Source: an uncultured Trueperaceae bacterium (lineage in GTDB: Bacteria; Deinococcota; Deinococci; Deinococcales; Trueperaceae). From it: a DNA stretch of 64,000 nucleotides. Below the pieces are notes generated by a model, which saw only the letters and a program-made list of their open reading frames with translations, had not been told where the DNA came from and searched no databases. Of this stretch, positions 10,329-20,387 are shown piece by piece; position 1 is the stretch's first letter; the number at the start of each line of letters is the position of its first letter. The stretch lies in the NCBI GenBank assembly GCA_963799485.1, contig CAWCXJ010000006.1:690189-754188 (forward strand). Reading direction: 5' to 3'. The translations under genes were made by a program, and so were the position numbers.

Positions 10329-10358
10329 TTGACCACTGGACGCGCGCCGTGATAGGCT
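10329..10358 (+). promoter_or_regulatory. Promoter of tRNA-Ile
   Basis: TTGACC-N18-TAGGCT with an extended -10 TG, 11 nt before the tRNA. Confidence 0.65.
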
Positions 10359-10369
10359 TCTTTGCCTGC

Positions 10370-10446
10370 GGGCGATTAGCTCAGTTGGTTAGAGCGCGTC
10401 GCTGATAACGACGAGGTCAGTGGTTCAAATCCACTATCGCCCACCA
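10370..10446 (+). tRNA. tRNA-Ile (GAT)
   Basis: GGGCGAT/ATCGCCC acceptor stem, D arm AGCTCAGTTGGTTAGAGC, anticodon arm CGTCG-CTGATAA-CGACG, T loop GGTTCAAATCC, encoded CCA. Confidence 0.97.
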
Positions 10447-10449
10447 AAT

Positions 10450-10475
10450 CCTGCCCCAAGGGGCAGGGTTTTTTT
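10450..10475 (+). terminator. Intrinsic terminator after tRNA-Ile
   Basis: CCTGCCCC-AA-GGGGCAGG followed by G and T7. Confidence 0.85.
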
Positions 10476-10651
10476 GTTGTGTACTGAACTGTATTGTGTA
10501 CTAAACCTGTCCGGCCCCGGTGACCCCGGTTTGACGTTCAAGCCGGGGCCGGTACACCCCAAGGTATGCGCCTAAGAGAGATCGGGCGTAAACGTGAGTA
10601 GAGAAGAGCTTTGGCATACCAGTGCAAAATGAGCGACTGCCTTGGCCTGTC

Positions 10652-10915
10652 TCAGCTTTCAGCGGGGCGTTTAAGAATAAGCGACGAGCTTGTGAGGTGG
10701 ATGTCGTGAGTTTTTTTGCTTTCATCGACCGAGCTCATGTCCATCACGCCGGCAAGCTCCCAGCCCTCAGCGCCCAACCTGCCGAGCAGGTCGATAAGCC
10801 GTGTTCCGGGGGCGACCTGTTCGGGCTCGCCCTTACCTAGAATGATGAGGCGACTGTGCCCCTCTTTAACCGGCCTGGTCGTCATCATGACCTGCAAATA
10901 ATCCCATTTGTTCAT
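10652..10915 (-). CDS. DUF4177-like small protein
   Basis: MNKWDY...LGRLGAEGWELAGV...LILKRP pattern; leaderless TACCAT-N6-ATG. Confidence 0.7.
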   Translation of the reverse strand: MNKWDYLQVMMTTRPVKEGHSRLIILGKGEPEQVAPGTRLIDLLGRLGAEGWELAGVMDMSSVDESKKTHDIHLTSSSLILKRPAES

Positions 10916-11043
10916 ACGCCTATGGTAGCCGAAACCGCCGCCCGGTGCAGGCGGCGTGCTGTGTTGTCTTGACAACGCAGCAAGGTGAGATCACACCGCG
11001 AAACAACCCGGTTGGAACAAAGCTACAAATTAGGGTTACGCGA

Positions 11044-12252
11044 CTAACCGCTAAAAACGGCGCGTTTACCGCCCAGCTCGAGCTGTAGCGTTACTACACG
11101 ACCGCCCCGCTCGACCTCGAGTTCAACGGTCTGCCCGACCTGTTTACGGCGCAACACCCCGACCAGCGCGTCGGAAGTGGGCGTCGGTTCGCCGTCGACC
11201 GAAACGATCACGTCGGCGATGATCTGCACCGATTCCCGGCCGAAGACCTGCCGCTGCACGGCGTCGCGCAGACCTGCTTGGGCGGCGGGGCCGTTTGGGG
11301 CGACCCGACCAACGATAACGCCCGGCAACGGGCCCAGCTCGAGGCCCGTCGGCAGCGCCGGGTCGTAGCTTTCTAGCCCCGGCAAGCCGATAACGAACCC
11401 GATAACCGGCACGTCGCGCTGCTCACCCGCCCGGAGCGCCGCCAAAACCTCACTGTTTGAAACAACCGGTACCGCGTAGGCCGCGTAACCATCGTCTTCG
11501 GGGAGCAGCTCGCGCAGCGGGAAGAGTCCCGACCGTGGCGCGGAGATAGTACGGCGCGGCATAAAGGCGATATAGCTGACGACGCCGACGGCGCGCCCGG
11601 CTTCATCTAAAACCGGGCCGCCCGAATCGCCAGGGGCGAGCGCGGCGGTCAGTTCGAACGTTCCGTCGGCAAAACTCGCCTGCACCGCCGCGACGTTCAG
11701 GCGGCGCACCTCACCCGCGCGCCCCTGCAAGAAGTCGCCGCGACTGTTGCCGATCGCGACGACGCTGCTGCCGACGACAGGGCCCCCCGGTGACACCTCG
11801 AGGTAAGGCACGTCTTCGGCGTCTAAAGCCTTTAGGAGGGCCAGGTCGCGGTACGCGTCGAAGCCGACAAGCTCGAGAGCGTAGCGTTTTCCGCCCGGGC
11901 TGAGCGCGCTCAGCGTCACCTCACCGGGGACGTTCGCGCCTGCGTCGATTACGTGATAGGCCGTCAACACGAGGCCGTCAGGTGAAATAAAAAAACCCGT
12001 CCCGACGCCGAGGGGCGTACCGGAAAAGGTCATCAGGCTCGAGCCGATCTCGATCTGCAAGGTTGCCGGACGCGCCTTTTCAAAAGTGTCTAGCAGCGCC
12101 CCGGTAGGCGGCACCACCGCCGGTAACTCGGGAGCACGCCGCTGCACAAGGGCCGCTTCAGGCGGCGGGCTCGGATAAAACTCGTAAAAAACAAGGGTTG
12201 TGGCGAGCAGGGAGAGCAGAAGAAGAAACCGGAGCGGCTTAAAACGCGTCAT
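11044..12252 (-). CDS. HtrA/DegP-like S1C serine protease with PDZ domain
   Basis: GTGFFI, LTAYHV, DLALLK, GDSGGP, C-terminal PDZ, N-terminal TM/signal segment. Confidence 0.92.
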   Translation of the reverse strand: MTRFKPLRFLLLLSLLATTLVFYEFYPSPPPEAALVQRRAPELPAVVPPTGALLDTFEKARPATLQIEIGSSLMTFSGTPLGVGTGFFISPDGLVLTAYHVIDAGANVPGEVTLSALSPGGKRYALELVGFDAYRDLALLKALDAEDVPYLEVSPGGPVVGSSVVAIGNSRGDFLQGRAGEVRRLNVAAVQASFADGTFELTAALAPGDSGGPVLDEAGRAVGVVSYIAFMPRRTISAPRSGLFPLRELLPEDDGYAAYAVPVVSNSEVLAALRAGEQRDVPVIGFVIGLPGLESYDPALPTGLELGPLPGVIVGRVAPNGPAAQAGLRDAVQRQVFGRESVQIIADVIVSVDGEPTPTSDALVGVLRRKQVGQTVELEVERGGRVVTLQLELGGKRAVFSG

Positions 12253-12509
12253 TACAGTGCGGCACCTTTCGCGTGGCGGGGCTCTCCACGAACGGTTTTC
12301 GGCCGAATCCAAAAAGCGTGACGCAAGAGCGTTGACTAGTCCAGTTTACGGCGCTGCAGAGCGAGGAACTGTCAGCTACCGGGCGCTTGCAGTGTGCTTG
12401 TGATGTGCTTACCGCGTGCTTACGGTGTGCTCTGCCGTCACCATAAGCTTTGCCGAAGCTGCGCCCGAACCTCACACATTAAAACACCCGGAGTAGGTAT
12501 AGTCGCTCT

Positions 12510-13634
12510 ATGACGCCCCGCCCCACTACGGCTTCAGTTGAGCTTGGCAGCCCGAGCTCCAACAACCCGAGTCCCGGCAGCTCGAGCCCCAGTGATTCGA
12601 GCCCCAATAATCAGGGAGAAGCCGACTACGTAGGCTGTATTGCCGAAATCGCCCGGACCCTCGAGACCTGGAACGGCCCGGTCGTCCTCGCCACCCACGT
12701 CGATCCGGACGGCGACGCCTTAGGCAGCTCACTCGCGCTCAAACGGGCACTCGCGGTTTTGGGCAAAGAAACGCTGCTGCCTTGTACGCCGCCGCGTTAC
12801 CTCGAGTTTCTCGCCGAACCCGGTGAACTTTCAGCGCCCCTCGAAGCGCTGCCGGACGGTGCGCTCGTCCTCGTCCTCGACGTCGAGGTAAGTAACCGGC
12901 TGGCGGGTGTACCGGTCGTTGACACAGCGGTCACGGGCGCGGCCTTGACCGTCGTTCTAGACCACCACGGGACCAACAACCGCGCCGGCGACCTCGTGTG
13001 CGTACAACCGGGCAGCGCCGCGACCGCGCAGCTGGTCAAAGACGTTATCGACGCGCTGCCGCTGGCGTGGACACCCGAACTCGCGACGCCCTGCCTGACG
13101 GGTTTACTCACCGATACCGGCAACTTCCGCTATACCAACACGACCCCCGAGGTACTCCGCGCCGCCGCCGATTTGCTGATAGAGGGCGTCGACTACGCCG
13201 AACTCAACGACCGGCTGGCGTGGCGGCATCCCGACTATTTCCGGATGCTCGGCAAGGTGATGAGTACTGCCAGCTTCCCCTTTGGTGGCCTCGTCGCCTA
13301 CGCCGAGATTACCCGGGCGATGCGCGACGAAATCGGGCCGACCGACGACGACTCGAGCGACTACGTGGGGCTGATTCGTTACGCTGCGGGCAGCGTCGTG
13401 GCGCTTTTTTTACGCGAAGAACCCCCTGAAAACGGGCAACCTAAAGTCAAGGTCTCGGTGCGCGCACGGCGCGGCGTCTCGGCGCAGGCCATCTGTGTGG
13501 CTTTAGGCGGCGGTGGACACGTCGCCGCCGCGGGCGCAACCTTGAGAGTCGGCTTGGAGGAGGCCAAGGCGCGAGTTTTGGAGGCTGTACGGGCAGAACT
13601 CGAGCGGGCGGGTTACGACGTACCGGCAACGTAA
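12510..13634 (+). CDS. DHH/DHHA1 phosphoesterase (NrnA-like nanoRNase/pAp phosphatase)
   Basis: HVDPDGDALGS, LDHH, TDTGNF, GGGGHVAAAG motifs. Confidence 0.92.
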   Translation: MTPRPTTASVELGSPSSNNPSPGSSSPSDSSPNNQGEADYVGCIAEIARTLETWNGPVVLATHVDPDGDALGSSLALKRALAVLGKETLLPCTPPRYLEFLAEPGELSAPLEALPDGALVLVLDVEVSNRLAGVPVVDTAVTGAALTVVLDHHGTNNRAGDLVCVQPGSAATAQLVKDVIDALPLAWTPELATPCLTGLLTDTGNFRYTNTTPEVLRAAADLLIEGVDYAELNDRLAWRHPDYFRMLGKVMSTASFPFGGLVAYAEITRAMRDEIGPTDDDSSDYVGLIRYAAGSVVALFLREEPPENGQPKVKVSVRARRGVSAQAICVALGGGGHVAAAGATLRVGLEEAKARVLEAVRAELERAGYDVPAT

Positions 13635-13787
13635 CCGAAAAAGACAACCGGGTTACTTTGCTTGCACCGGTACGTTCGCCTTCACGTAAGGCGTTGCCTG
13701 ATACGGTTGCCCAATACTACTGCCTGACACCGGCGTTTTACGCGCTTATTCTTGATTCTCAGTACCCAAAGACGACGGTCAAAACAG

Positions 13788-14957
13788 CTAAGACGGCCCG
13801 ACAGCTTCCCTGGCAGTTTGGGCTACCTGCAACTGCTGTCGCGGCAACGCAAACCCGAAACGGCTCCCCTGACCGAGGCTACTCTCGAGCCATACACGCC
13901 CACCGTGCAGTTCGCAGAGGCGTTTGGCGAGCGCCAGCCCGAGACCGGCGCCGCTCTCGGCGCGCCCTTCGTGAGGGCTCACCCGGAAAAAAGGGTGAAA
14001 GATGTGCCGCAGATCGTCCGGGCCGATACCGACGCCGTTATCGACGACTTCACAGCGAAACTCGTCCGCGTCCGTACTTAGCAAGACCTCGATACGCCCC
14101 CCGAGCGGCGTAAATTTTACCGCGTTCGAGAGGTACGCGCCTAAAATTTGCGCCAGTCTCGGTGCGTCGGCAAAGAGCGTCACGGACGCCTCACCTGAAA
14201 CCTGAACGCTCAACCCTCGCGCCTTCGCAGTTTCTCCGAGCCCGGTCAGCGCGCGTGTCAGCACCGTTTGAAACGAGACGTGCTCGCGGTAGAGTACCAG
14301 TTCACCGGACTCGAGCTGTGAGAGGTCGATAAGCCCTGCGACGAGCGTTACGAGCTGCGTACCGGACGTTTGAATCAGCGCCAGATAGTCGCGCTGCTTC
14401 GCGCTCAGCGCCGGGTCGTCTTCTAGCAGCTGGGCGTAGCCGATAACCGAGGTTAAAGGCGTGCGGAGTTCGTGCGAGACGGTCGCCAGAAATTCGCTTT
14501 TTACGCGGTTGGCTCGTTCCAGTTCACGGTTTTTGCGTTCTAGCTCGGCCTGGTAACGCCGCAGGGCGCTCTGCGTACTTCCCTGAACGCTTACCGTGCG
14601 AAGGGCGAGCAGCTCGAGCACCCGTCCGTTCCAACCGAGCGTGCGCGCGGCAAGCTCGGCGGCGACGTGTTTGCCGCCACGCAAGGTAGCGGTCGCTTCG
14701 TATAGTTGCGGCGATTCGGTTTTCGATTCCGGGGTAACAGCGTCAGCTACACTGCCCCCTGCGCCCTCATCGAGCTGAACAAAGCGCGCAAGCGGCCTGC
14801 CGCGCAGCTCTTCGGGCTCGTAGCCCAGATAACGAGCGAACGCCTCGTTTGCCGCTAAGATCACGCCTGCTTCGCAGACGGCGCTGCGCTCGAGGCTCAG
14901 CGCCAGAAGTTTTTGCAGCTCACGCATCCTTACAACGCCGTTTGCGCGGCGCAGCAC
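13788..14957 (-). CDS. PAS-domain sensor histidine kinase
   Basis: FLATVSHELRTPL H-box, SNAVKFT, DNGVGI, GAGLGL. Start position uncertain. Confidence 0.9.
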   Translation of the reverse strand: MLRRANGVVRMRELQKLLALSLERSAVCEAGVILAANEAFARYLGYEPEELRGRPLARFVQLDEGAGGSVADAVTPESKTESPQLYEATATLRGGKHVAAELAARTLGWNGRVLELLALRTVSVQGSTQSALRRYQAELERKNRELERANRVKSEFLATVSHELRTPLTSVIGYAQLLEDDPALSAKQRDYLALIQTSGTQLVTLVAGLIDLSQLESGELVLYREHVSFQTVLTRALTGLGETAKARGLSVQVSGEASVTLFADAPRLAQILGAYLSNAVKFTPLGGRIEVLLSTDADEFRCEVVDNGVGIGPDDLRHIFHPFFRVSPHEGRAESGAGLGLALAKRLCELHGGRVWLESSLGQGSRFGFALPRQQLQVAQTAREAVGPS

Positions 14958-15181
14958 CTGCCGACTCGGGGAACGTTTGGAGGGAACAGGTCATCATTTG
15001 CGGGTAGTATAAACCGTTTACGGGGGATAGTAAGGGGCAGATGTCGCAAGTCTTTGCGACGCCCGCCGCAGGCTTCAGGCGGGCGCGCGTTCAGGAGAGC
15101 CCGTACCGATACCGGACGTCGGCTACAGCCGGGTGTACCTATACGTTGAGTCGGCGTTCACGCACCCTGTACATTGGTGGG

Positions 15182-16165
15182 ATGGACATACCGACGGGGC
15201 TCGAGCCCGCTCCCAACATCTCGCCTGCCGCCACCGCACCCGGTGACACCTTACCTAGCGACAGTATGGCTGGCAACACCCTTACACCCGGCACCGCCGA
15301 CGAAACGTTTTACGGCGTCCCCAAAACGATCTGGATCATGTGGGTGCAAGGTCTAGCCGCTGCGCCCCCGGTCGTCAAAGCGTGTCACGACTCGTGGCGA
15401 CAGCTCAACCCGGACTGGAACGTCGTGTTCCTCGACGAAACGAATCTGGAGCATTATCTCGGTGCAGGCTTTTTAAGCCGTTACCGGGGCGTCGCGCAGC
15501 AGGCGTTTTCCGACCTGGTAAGGATCAATCTGCTCGCGCGCTACGGCGGTATCTGGACAGACGCGACCTGCTACTGCCAGCGCCCGTTGGCGGACTGGTT
15601 GGGTGACAAGCTGACCTCGGGTTTTTTTGCCTTTGCCTGGACGGGCGACACTTACCGGGTTGCGCGCGAGCTGAGCATGTGGTTTTTGGCCTCGAGCCGG
15701 GGCAACCAGCTGGTGCAAGGGTGGCGCGACGCGGCCAACAGCTACTGGGCGCATAATCCTAACCTCAAACGCCGCCCCAAGGTGGGCCGTTACTTCGAGT
15801 GGCTGAGCCGAAGCCCGCGCACAACGCAGTACTGGTTCTCGTACCCGCTGACCAAAGTCTTTAAGATTTACCCGTACTTCTGGATGTCGTTTTTGTTTAA
15901 CGACGTGATCCGCCGCGACGCGCGCGCACGGCAGATTTGGCAAGCCACCCCGAAGCTCGACACCGAGGTGCCGCACCACATCAAACGCGTCGGGCAGCTG
16001 AGTCCACTTACCGCGTCCCTCAAAGAAGAGATAGACGCCCGGCAGGTACCCATGTACAAGCTCAACTGGCGGTATAACGAGGTGGATTATACCGAAACCA
16101 GCGTGCTTCACTACCTGCTCTCGAGCGGCACCGTGCAGTCTCAAGCAGCAGCTAGCAGCGATTAG
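15182..16165 (+). CDS. Capsular polysaccharide synthesis protein (GT32-like glycosyltransferase)
   Basis: PKTIWIMWVQG, SDLVRINLLARYGGIWTDAT motifs; leaderless TACATT-N6-ATG. Confidence 0.85.
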   Translation: MDIPTGLEPAPNISPAATAPGDTLPSDSMAGNTLTPGTADETFYGVPKTIWIMWVQGLAAAPPVVKACHDSWRQLNPDWNVVFLDETNLEHYLGAGFLSRYRGVAQQAFSDLVRINLLARYGGIWTDATCYCQRPLADWLGDKLTSGFFAFAWTGDTYRVARELSMWFLASSRGNQLVQGWRDAANSYWAHNPNLKRRPKVGRYFEWLSRSPRTTQYWFSYPLTKVFKIYPYFWMSFLFNDVIRRDARARQIWQATPKLDTEVPHHIKRVGQLSPLTASLKEEIDARQVPMYKLNWRYNEVDYTETSVLHYLLSSGTVQSQAAASSD

Positions 16166-16230
16166 CTGGGTCGGCCTCGAGCGGCGTGCTAGCATGAACG
16201 CCCGGAGAGGGTGGCCAGGGTGATTTAACT

Positions 16231-17913
16231 ATGCAAACAAACTACATCTTCATCACGGGCGGGGTCGTTTCGTCTTTGGGCAAGGGGATTGCGAGCTCGA
16301 GTATCGGCGCGCTCTTACGCGCTCGGGGCTACCGTGTCACCGCCGTAAAAATCGACCCCTATATCAACGTAGACGCCGGAACCATGCGCCCCTACGAACA
16401 CGGCGAGGTCTTTGTCACCCAAGACGGGGCCGAGACCGACCTCGATTTGGGGACGTATGAGCGCTTTTTGGACGTGCCGATGAGCCGCGCGAACAACGTC
16501 ACCACCGGGCAAATCTATCAGAGCGTGATCGAAAAAGAGCGGCGCGGCGAATACCTGTCGCAAACCGTGCAGGTCATCCCGCACGTCACCGACGAGATCA
16601 AAGCCCGCATCTACGACGCAGGACGAGCAGCCAACGCCGAAATCGTCTTGGTCGAAGTGGGCGGGACGGTCGGCGACATCGAGTCTTTGCCCTTTTTAGA
16701 GGCGATTCGGCAACTCCGTTTCGAGGTCGGCTTCGAGCACTGCGTCTACCTGCACGTCACGCTGCTGCCCTTTTTAGGCACGAGCGAAGAGTTCAAGACC
16801 AAGCCCACGCAGCATTCGGTGGCGACGCTCCGCAGCGTCGGCGTGCAACCCGACGGCATTATTTTACGTTCAACCAGTCCCGTCCCCGACGAAGTGAGGA
16901 CGAAAATCGCTTTATTCACCAACGTCGAGGCGAGAGACGTGTTTAACTCGTTCGATACCGAGTTTATCTACGCCGTACCGGAAATCTTGGAGCAGCAGGG
17001 GATCGGGCGGTTTTTAGAAAGGCGGCTGGGGCTCGAGAAAGGCACCCCCGAACTGAGGGCGTGGCACGAAGCCGTCCGGATTTTACGCGAACCCGAAGAA
17101 CACGTCGTCATCGGTATCGTCGGCAAATACGTCGCCATGCCCGACGCCTATTTGAGCCTGGTGGAAGCCCTGAAGCACGCCGGCATCGCCAACCGCGCCC
17201 GCGTGGAGCTGCGCTGGATCAACGCCGAAGAGGTCTTGGGCGACGATCTGAGCGCCCTCGCTGGACTGGACGGGATTCTCGTGCCGGGCGGGTTCGGCGT
17301 GCGGGGCATCGAGGGCAAGGTGCGAGCGGCGACCTACGCCCGTAAGCAGGGCGCGCCTTACTTGGGTATCTGTCTGGGGATGCAGGTTGCCGTGATTGAA
17401 TACGCCCGGAACGTCGCAGGCCTAAAGGCCGCCAATTCGACCGAGTTCGACCCCTATACGCCCGACCCGGTGATCGATCTGATGCCTGAACAGATTGACC
17501 TCGCCGAGATGGGCGGAACGATGCGCCTCGGCGACTGGCCGATGCAGGTCACGCCGGGAACGAAGCTTGCCGAGCTTTATGCGGGCCGGTTGAACGGTGA
17601 GGGGGTGGTGTTCGAGCGTCACCGTCACCGTTTCGAGGTCAACCCGAAGTACGTTGAGGTTTTGCAAGCTGCGGGGCTTACGGTTTCCGGCGTCACGCCG
17701 GGGATGCAGGGGCGCGGCGCGGGCTTGGTCGAGGCCATTGAACTGCCCGAGCATCCATTTTTTGTCGGTTTGCAGTCGCACCCCGAGTTCGGGACGCGGT
17801 TGATGCGGGCGTCGCCCCCCTTCAGAGGCTTTATCGAGGCGGCGGTCGGGTATCAAAGCGCACGCAACCGTCAGGCTGAGACGACCCGTGAAAGAGGTCA
17901 AAGCTTAGCGTGA
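16231..17913 (+). CDS. pyrG: CTP synthase
   Basis: TGGVVSSLGKG, KIDPYINVDAGTM, KTKPTQHSV, GICLGMQ, ERHRHR, SHPEF motifs. Confidence 0.98.
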   Translation: MQTNYIFITGGVVSSLGKGIASSSIGALLRARGYRVTAVKIDPYINVDAGTMRPYEHGEVFVTQDGAETDLDLGTYERFLDVPMSRANNVTTGQIYQSVIEKERRGEYLSQTVQVIPHVTDEIKARIYDAGRAANAEIVLVEVGGTVGDIESLPFLEAIRQLRFEVGFEHCVYLHVTLLPFLGTSEEFKTKPTQHSVATLRSVGVQPDGIILRSTSPVPDEVRTKIALFTNVEARDVFNSFDTEFIYAVPEILEQQGIGRFLERRLGLEKGTPELRAWHEAVRILREPEEHVVIGIVGKYVAMPDAYLSLVEALKHAGIANRARVELRWINAEEVLGDDLSALAGLDGILVPGGFGVRGIEGKVRAATYARKQGAPYLGICLGMQVAVIEYARNVAGLKAANSTEFDPYTPDPVIDLMPEQIDLAEMGGTMRLGDWPMQVTPGTKLAELYAGRLNGEGVVFERHRHRFEVNPKYVEVLQAAGLTVSGVTPGMQGRGAGLVEAIELPEHPFFVGLQSHPEFGTRLMRASPPFRGFIEAAVGYQSARNRQAETTRERGQSLA

Positions 17914-18560
17914 ACGCCGTAAATGACAGATCAACCCTCGTGATCGGTCTGGCGGGCGGGACAGGTTCGGGTAAGACGACGGTTTCAGAGGCTATCCGGC
18001 GGGCTGCCGGAGCAGCTAACCTCGTTGTGCTACCCCAAGACGCTTATTATCAAGCTCAGACCGAGCTGCCGCTTGAAATCCGCTCAAAGACCAACTACGA
18101 CGAACCGAGCGCTTTTGACACCGCGCTACTTGTGGCTCAGCTCGGCGCGCTTTTACGCGGTGAGCCTATCAAACGGCCCGTGTACGACTTTACCAACCAC
18201 AACCGTTCGGAAGAGACGGTGGGGCTCGAGCCCCAACCCGTCATCGTCGTCGAAGGGATTCTGGTTTTGCACGAACCCTCGCTACGCGAACGTTTTGACC
18301 TCAGCGTATTTGTCGACGCGCCGCCCGACGAGCGCTTTATCCGGCGTTTGGAGCGCGACGTGAGCGAAAGGGGCCGGAGCGCCGAAAGCGTGATTGAGCA
18401 GTACCGCCGCAGCGTCAAGCCGATGCACGACCTGTTTGTCGAACCGACTAAAGCGCACGCGAACCTGATCTTGCCCGAGGGTGGCAACAACAAAATCGCG
18501 TTAGAGGTGCTGAGTACGTTTGTCTCGAGCTTCGTTGCAGCTACAGCCCGTGCGCGTTAA
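17910..18560 (+). CDS. udk: Uridine kinase
   Basis: IGLAGGTGSGKTT, NYDEPSAFD, RRLERDVSERGRS, VKPMHDLFVEPTK motifs. Confidence 0.95.
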   Translation: MNAVNDRSTLVIGLAGGTGSGKTTVSEAIRRAAGAANLVVLPQDAYYQAQTELPLEIRSKTNYDEPSAFDTALLVAQLGALLRGEPIKRPVYDFTNHNRSEETVGLEPQPVIVVEGILVLHEPSLRERFDLSVFVDAPPDERFIRRLERDVSERGRSAESVIEQYRRSVKPMHDLFVEPTKAHANLILPEGGNNKIALEVLSTFVSSFVAATARAR

Positions 18561-20379
18561 GGCTATCCGGTCAGCCCTTTGGGGAATTATTCTTCTGAGT
18601 TTGATACCGGGCGGGTGGCTGGCGTGGCAACGGATTCAAACCGAAGAAGACAGCATTAGCGTCACCCTGCTGCTGGATGAACGCGCCCTGGCGGAGCAGG
18701 CCGCTTACGAAGGGGTAAACCCGTTTGCGCTGGCAACCCGGTATCAAAAGGCGGGGCTTAACGGGATTGCGGTGTACGAAGAAACCTTGGAGACACTCGC
18801 CGAAGCGGGCAAAATCGCGCTTCTAACCGGTGCAGACGCACGGGCCGAAGCACTTTTACGGGGCGAACGCCCGAATATCCCACCGAACAGTCTACTTGTC
18901 CGGGCCATAGAACCCGGCGCTTTAGCCGGCGCACTCGCCAAAAACCGCCCGGAACCGCAAACGGTGAGGCTTGCCGAGATGCGCTGGTACGTTTTTAGCG
19001 AACCCAACGCCGGAGACCGCGCCGGGGCGCAGCGTCCGGCGGGGCCGAACCGGGCGCAGCTGAGGCAATACCAACAGGCGGGCTGGGACGTCGCTTACCG
19101 CCCGGTGAACTATCCAAATCTCGTCAACGTCGGACAGGACTTCCCGAACGTCAACTATCTGATTCATGAAGGGCTCGAGGTCGCCGGAAACCCGGACAGT
19201 TTGAGCGAAACCGCCCAAGTCTCACAGGCTTACCTGACCGGCCTCATCGAAGGCACCGACCAGGCCGGGATGCGGGCTATCAGCAGCAAGGTGCCGCTGG
19301 CGCGGGTGTTTAGCATCTCGCAGGAGTGGCTCAATACGTTGCAACCCCAAACCGTCGCCGACAAATACTTGCTGGCCGCCAACGAACGCGGCGCGCGGCT
19401 TCTTTACCTGCGGCCCTATACCGACGAGACGGTCGGTGATATGCGTGAAAATACCGAGGCTTTGGTACGGGCGGTGAGAACGGGTCTCGAGGCTGAAGGC
19501 TACCGTATCGGCCCGGTCGAAGCTTTAACTTACAGCAGCTCTCCTCCGCTCCGCGTCCTTTCCGGCGTCGGCATCGTCGCGGGTCTCGGCGTTTTGGCGA
19601 TGCTCTACCCTGGTTTTTGGGGTGTATCGGTTGCGCTCGGTGTGTCGGGTCTCGGCGTGCTCGCGGGCGGCCTCAGCTGGGGCGCGTTGGCACTTACGGC
19701 GGCCCTGAGCTTCCCGGTACTCGGGTATGCACTTTTGCCCAACCGACTCTGGAGCTTATTCGGCGCGGTGGGTCTGAGTCTGGTCGGGTCGACGCTTTTG
19801 GCGGCGGTCGGCAGCGAACGCAACACGCTGCTGGCGGTGACACCTTTTGCCGGGGTTGCCGCGACGCTGGTGGTTCCCCCGGCGCTGTTTCTCTTTTTCG
19901 TGATGCTCCGTGAACGCTCCCCGGCGGCGTGGGTACGCGAGTTTTGGGCGCGACCCATCCGTTTGGGTGATGTGGCGCTCGTTCTCGTCGGTCTGGTCGG
20001 GCTGGCGTTCGTGCTGTTACGGCGCGGTAACTTTCCGGTTATCGGCGCAAGCGAGGTCGAGTTGGGGCTGCGGGCGCTCTTGTCGGACTACTTCGCACGG
20101 CCCCGCTTCAAAGAACTCATCGGGCATCCGCTGGCAGTTTTGGCGCTTCTCAACCCGCTCTGGCCCCGGTGGATACGCGGGCTGCTCTTGACGGTCGGGG
20201 TGGTGGCACTCTCGAGCATCGTCAACTCGTTTAGCCACTACCACACGCCGCTCCTGATTTCTTTTGAGCGCACCGTCGTTGCGCTCGTGTTGGGTCTTAT
20301 CATCGGGCTGATTCTGAACCTCATCGTGCGGGTTGTGGTTCGGGGGGTCTCTCTGTGGCTCACGCGCAGCGCAGCTTAA
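18550..20379 (+). CDS. DUF5693 family membrane protein (csaB-associated)
   Basis: LAANERGARLLYLRP, RPRFKELIGHP, SIVNSFSHYHTPL motifs; multiple TM helices; directly upstream of csaB. Confidence 0.82.
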   Translation: MRVKAIRSALWGIILLSLIPGGWLAWQRIQTEEDSISVTLLLDERALAEQAAYEGVNPFALATRYQKAGLNGIAVYEETLETLAEAGKIALLTGADARAEALLRGERPNIPPNSLLVRAIEPGALAGALAKNRPEPQTVRLAEMRWYVFSEPNAGDRAGAQRPAGPNRAQLRQYQQAGWDVAYRPVNYPNLVNVGQDFPNVNYLIHEGLEVAGNPDSLSETAQVSQAYLTGLIEGTDQAGMRAISSKVPLARVFSISQEWLNTLQPQTVADKYLLAANERGARLLYLRPYTDETVGDMRENTEALVRAVRTGLEAEGYRIGPVEALTYSSSPPLRVLSGVGIVAGLGVLAMLYPGFWGVSVALGVSGLGVLAGGLSWGALALTAALSFPVLGYALLPNRLWSLFGAVGLSLVGSTLLAAVGSERNTLLAVTPFAGVAATLVVPPALFLFFVMLRERSPAAWVREFWARPIRLGDVALVLVGLVGLAFVLLRRGNFPVIGASEVELGLRALLSDYFARPRFKELIGHPLAVLALLNPLWPRWIRGLLLTVGVVALSSIVNSFSHYHTPLLISFERTVVALVLGLIIGLILNLIVRVVVRGVSLWLTRSAA

Positions 20380-20387
20380 GAAGACAC

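Noticed and set aside
10370..10446. tRNA as the integration site of the island
   Set aside because: No duplicate of the tRNA 3' end was seen in the window, and the island starts about 12.6 kb away.
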